Below, piece after piece: positions 44,569 through 45,229 of a DNA stretch of 45,229 nt. The stretch spans positions 1-45,229 of the IMG/VR virus record IMGVR_UViG_3300045971_000674; one strand, given 5' to 3'. Source of the DNA: a virus. Position 1 is the first letter of the stretch; each line of letters starts with the position of its first letter. The notes beneath the pieces are model-generated. The model was not told the origin of the DNA. It did no database searches and saw only the letters and a program-made list of their open reading frames with translations. The translations under genes and the position numbers were made by a program.

Positions 44569-45229
44569 ATGTTCGCCGAGAACAAATACTCTCGGTGGTA
44601 TTTCTCGATCGTTAACAGTGCTCGTGCTTATCCACGAGAAGGGTATGTCGAGGAACACCACATTCATCCAACGAGCATGGGTGGTGTAGACACGCTTGAG
44701 AACACTGTCAATCTTTCTGCACGTGAACATTTCATTGTGCACTTGCTATTGCCGAAGATGGTCATTGACAAGAAGCACCTAATGCAGATGCGCAAAGCAA
44801 TTCGTTTCATGATGTGCGTACCTAAGAAGATGCAGGGTCTTCGGTGGATCCCGACTGGTAGAACATTCGAGATCGCCAAGAAGGAAGCAGCACTTGCCAA
44901 CAAAGGTAATAAAGATATTGCTGCAAAGATCAGCGCTTCACATAAAGGTAAGGTTCTGTCAGAAGAACACAAGCGCAAGATCAGCGAAGGCAATATGGGT
45001 CGTGGACGCGCATTGGCTTCAATCGAGGCGCAGCGGGGTCAACCAAAGTCGGAGCATGCGAAAGAAAAGATGCGCCTCGCATGGATTGAACGACGTAAGC
45101 GAATTGCAGCCGGTGAAGAAACTCGTAAGCCTATGTCTGAACAGGGACGAAAGAACATTTCAATGGGCAAACTTGGAAAGCCGGCAACAGAAGAACAAAA
45201 ACGCAAAAACGGTATTGCCCATACGAAGT
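44569..45229 (+). CDS. HNH homing endonuclease with NUMOD3-like repeats (3' end beyond the window)
   Basis: Not in the ORF track, translated by hand: MFAENKYSRWY...YVEEHHIHPTSMGGVD..ENTVNLSAREHFIVHLLL...HKGKVLSEEHKRKISEG...SEHAKEKMR...SEQGRKNIS. TAAGGA RBS. Confidence 0.92.
   Translation, partial: MFAENKYSRWYFSIVNSARAYPREGYVEEHHIHPTSMGGVDTLENTVNLSAREHFIVHLLLPKMVIDKKHLMQMRKAIRFMMCVPKKMQGLRWIPTGRTFEIAKKEAALANKGNKDIAAKISASHKGKVLSEEHKRKISEGNMGRGRALASIEAQRGQPKSEHAKEKMRLAWIERRKRIAAGEETRKPMSEQGRKNISMGKLGKPATEEQKRKNGIAHTK

Noticed and set aside
1-45229. Stop-codon reassignment (alternative genetic code)
   Set aside because: Core genes are full length in the standard code, and TAA, TGA and TAG all appear as real stops.
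1-45229. CRISPR array, tRNA or DGR template/variable repeats
   Set aside because: Intergenic gaps are all short (under about 130 nt). I saw no spaced direct repeats, cloverleaf or reverse transcriptase, although near-identical distant repeats cannot be fully excluded by eye.

Overview
A 45-kb segment of a large T4-superfamily (jumbo-type) myophage genome read in the standard genetic code. It has no rRNA, tRNA or CRISPR array that I can see. Left arm (minus strand): prohead protease (gp21, truncated by the window edge), a prohead-core-position protein, portal (gp20) and a probable tape measure. These are divergent from baseplate hub assembly genes (gp26/gp51-like) and a Thr/Ser-rich appendage operon. 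Middle (minus strand, about 9.4-19.5 kb): an accessory/replication block with a divergent family-A-like (TV-Pol-like) polymerase, a TnpB-N-terminal-half-like protein next to a PD-(D/E)xK resolvase, gp46/gp47 (SbcCD/Rad50-Mre11), the late sigma factor gp55, and an antisense GIY-YIG homing endonuclease with a structured leader. Right arm (plus strand): a nucleotidyltransferase, the baseplate module (tube initiator, gp53, hub, gp5/VgrG spike, gp25, gp6, giant 2985-aa and 1518-aa proteins, a gp8-like protein) and an HNH/NUMOD3 homing endonuclease cut by the window edge. A (A)TAAATA late-promoter motif precedes most structural transcription units. The most interesting candidates are the Pol-A-like enzyme, the RuvC-less TnpB-like protein, a set of small proteins with capsid-targeting-like N-termini (three apparently paralogous) and the endonuclease leader RNA. 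All family calls are from motif recognition by eye; no database searches were run.
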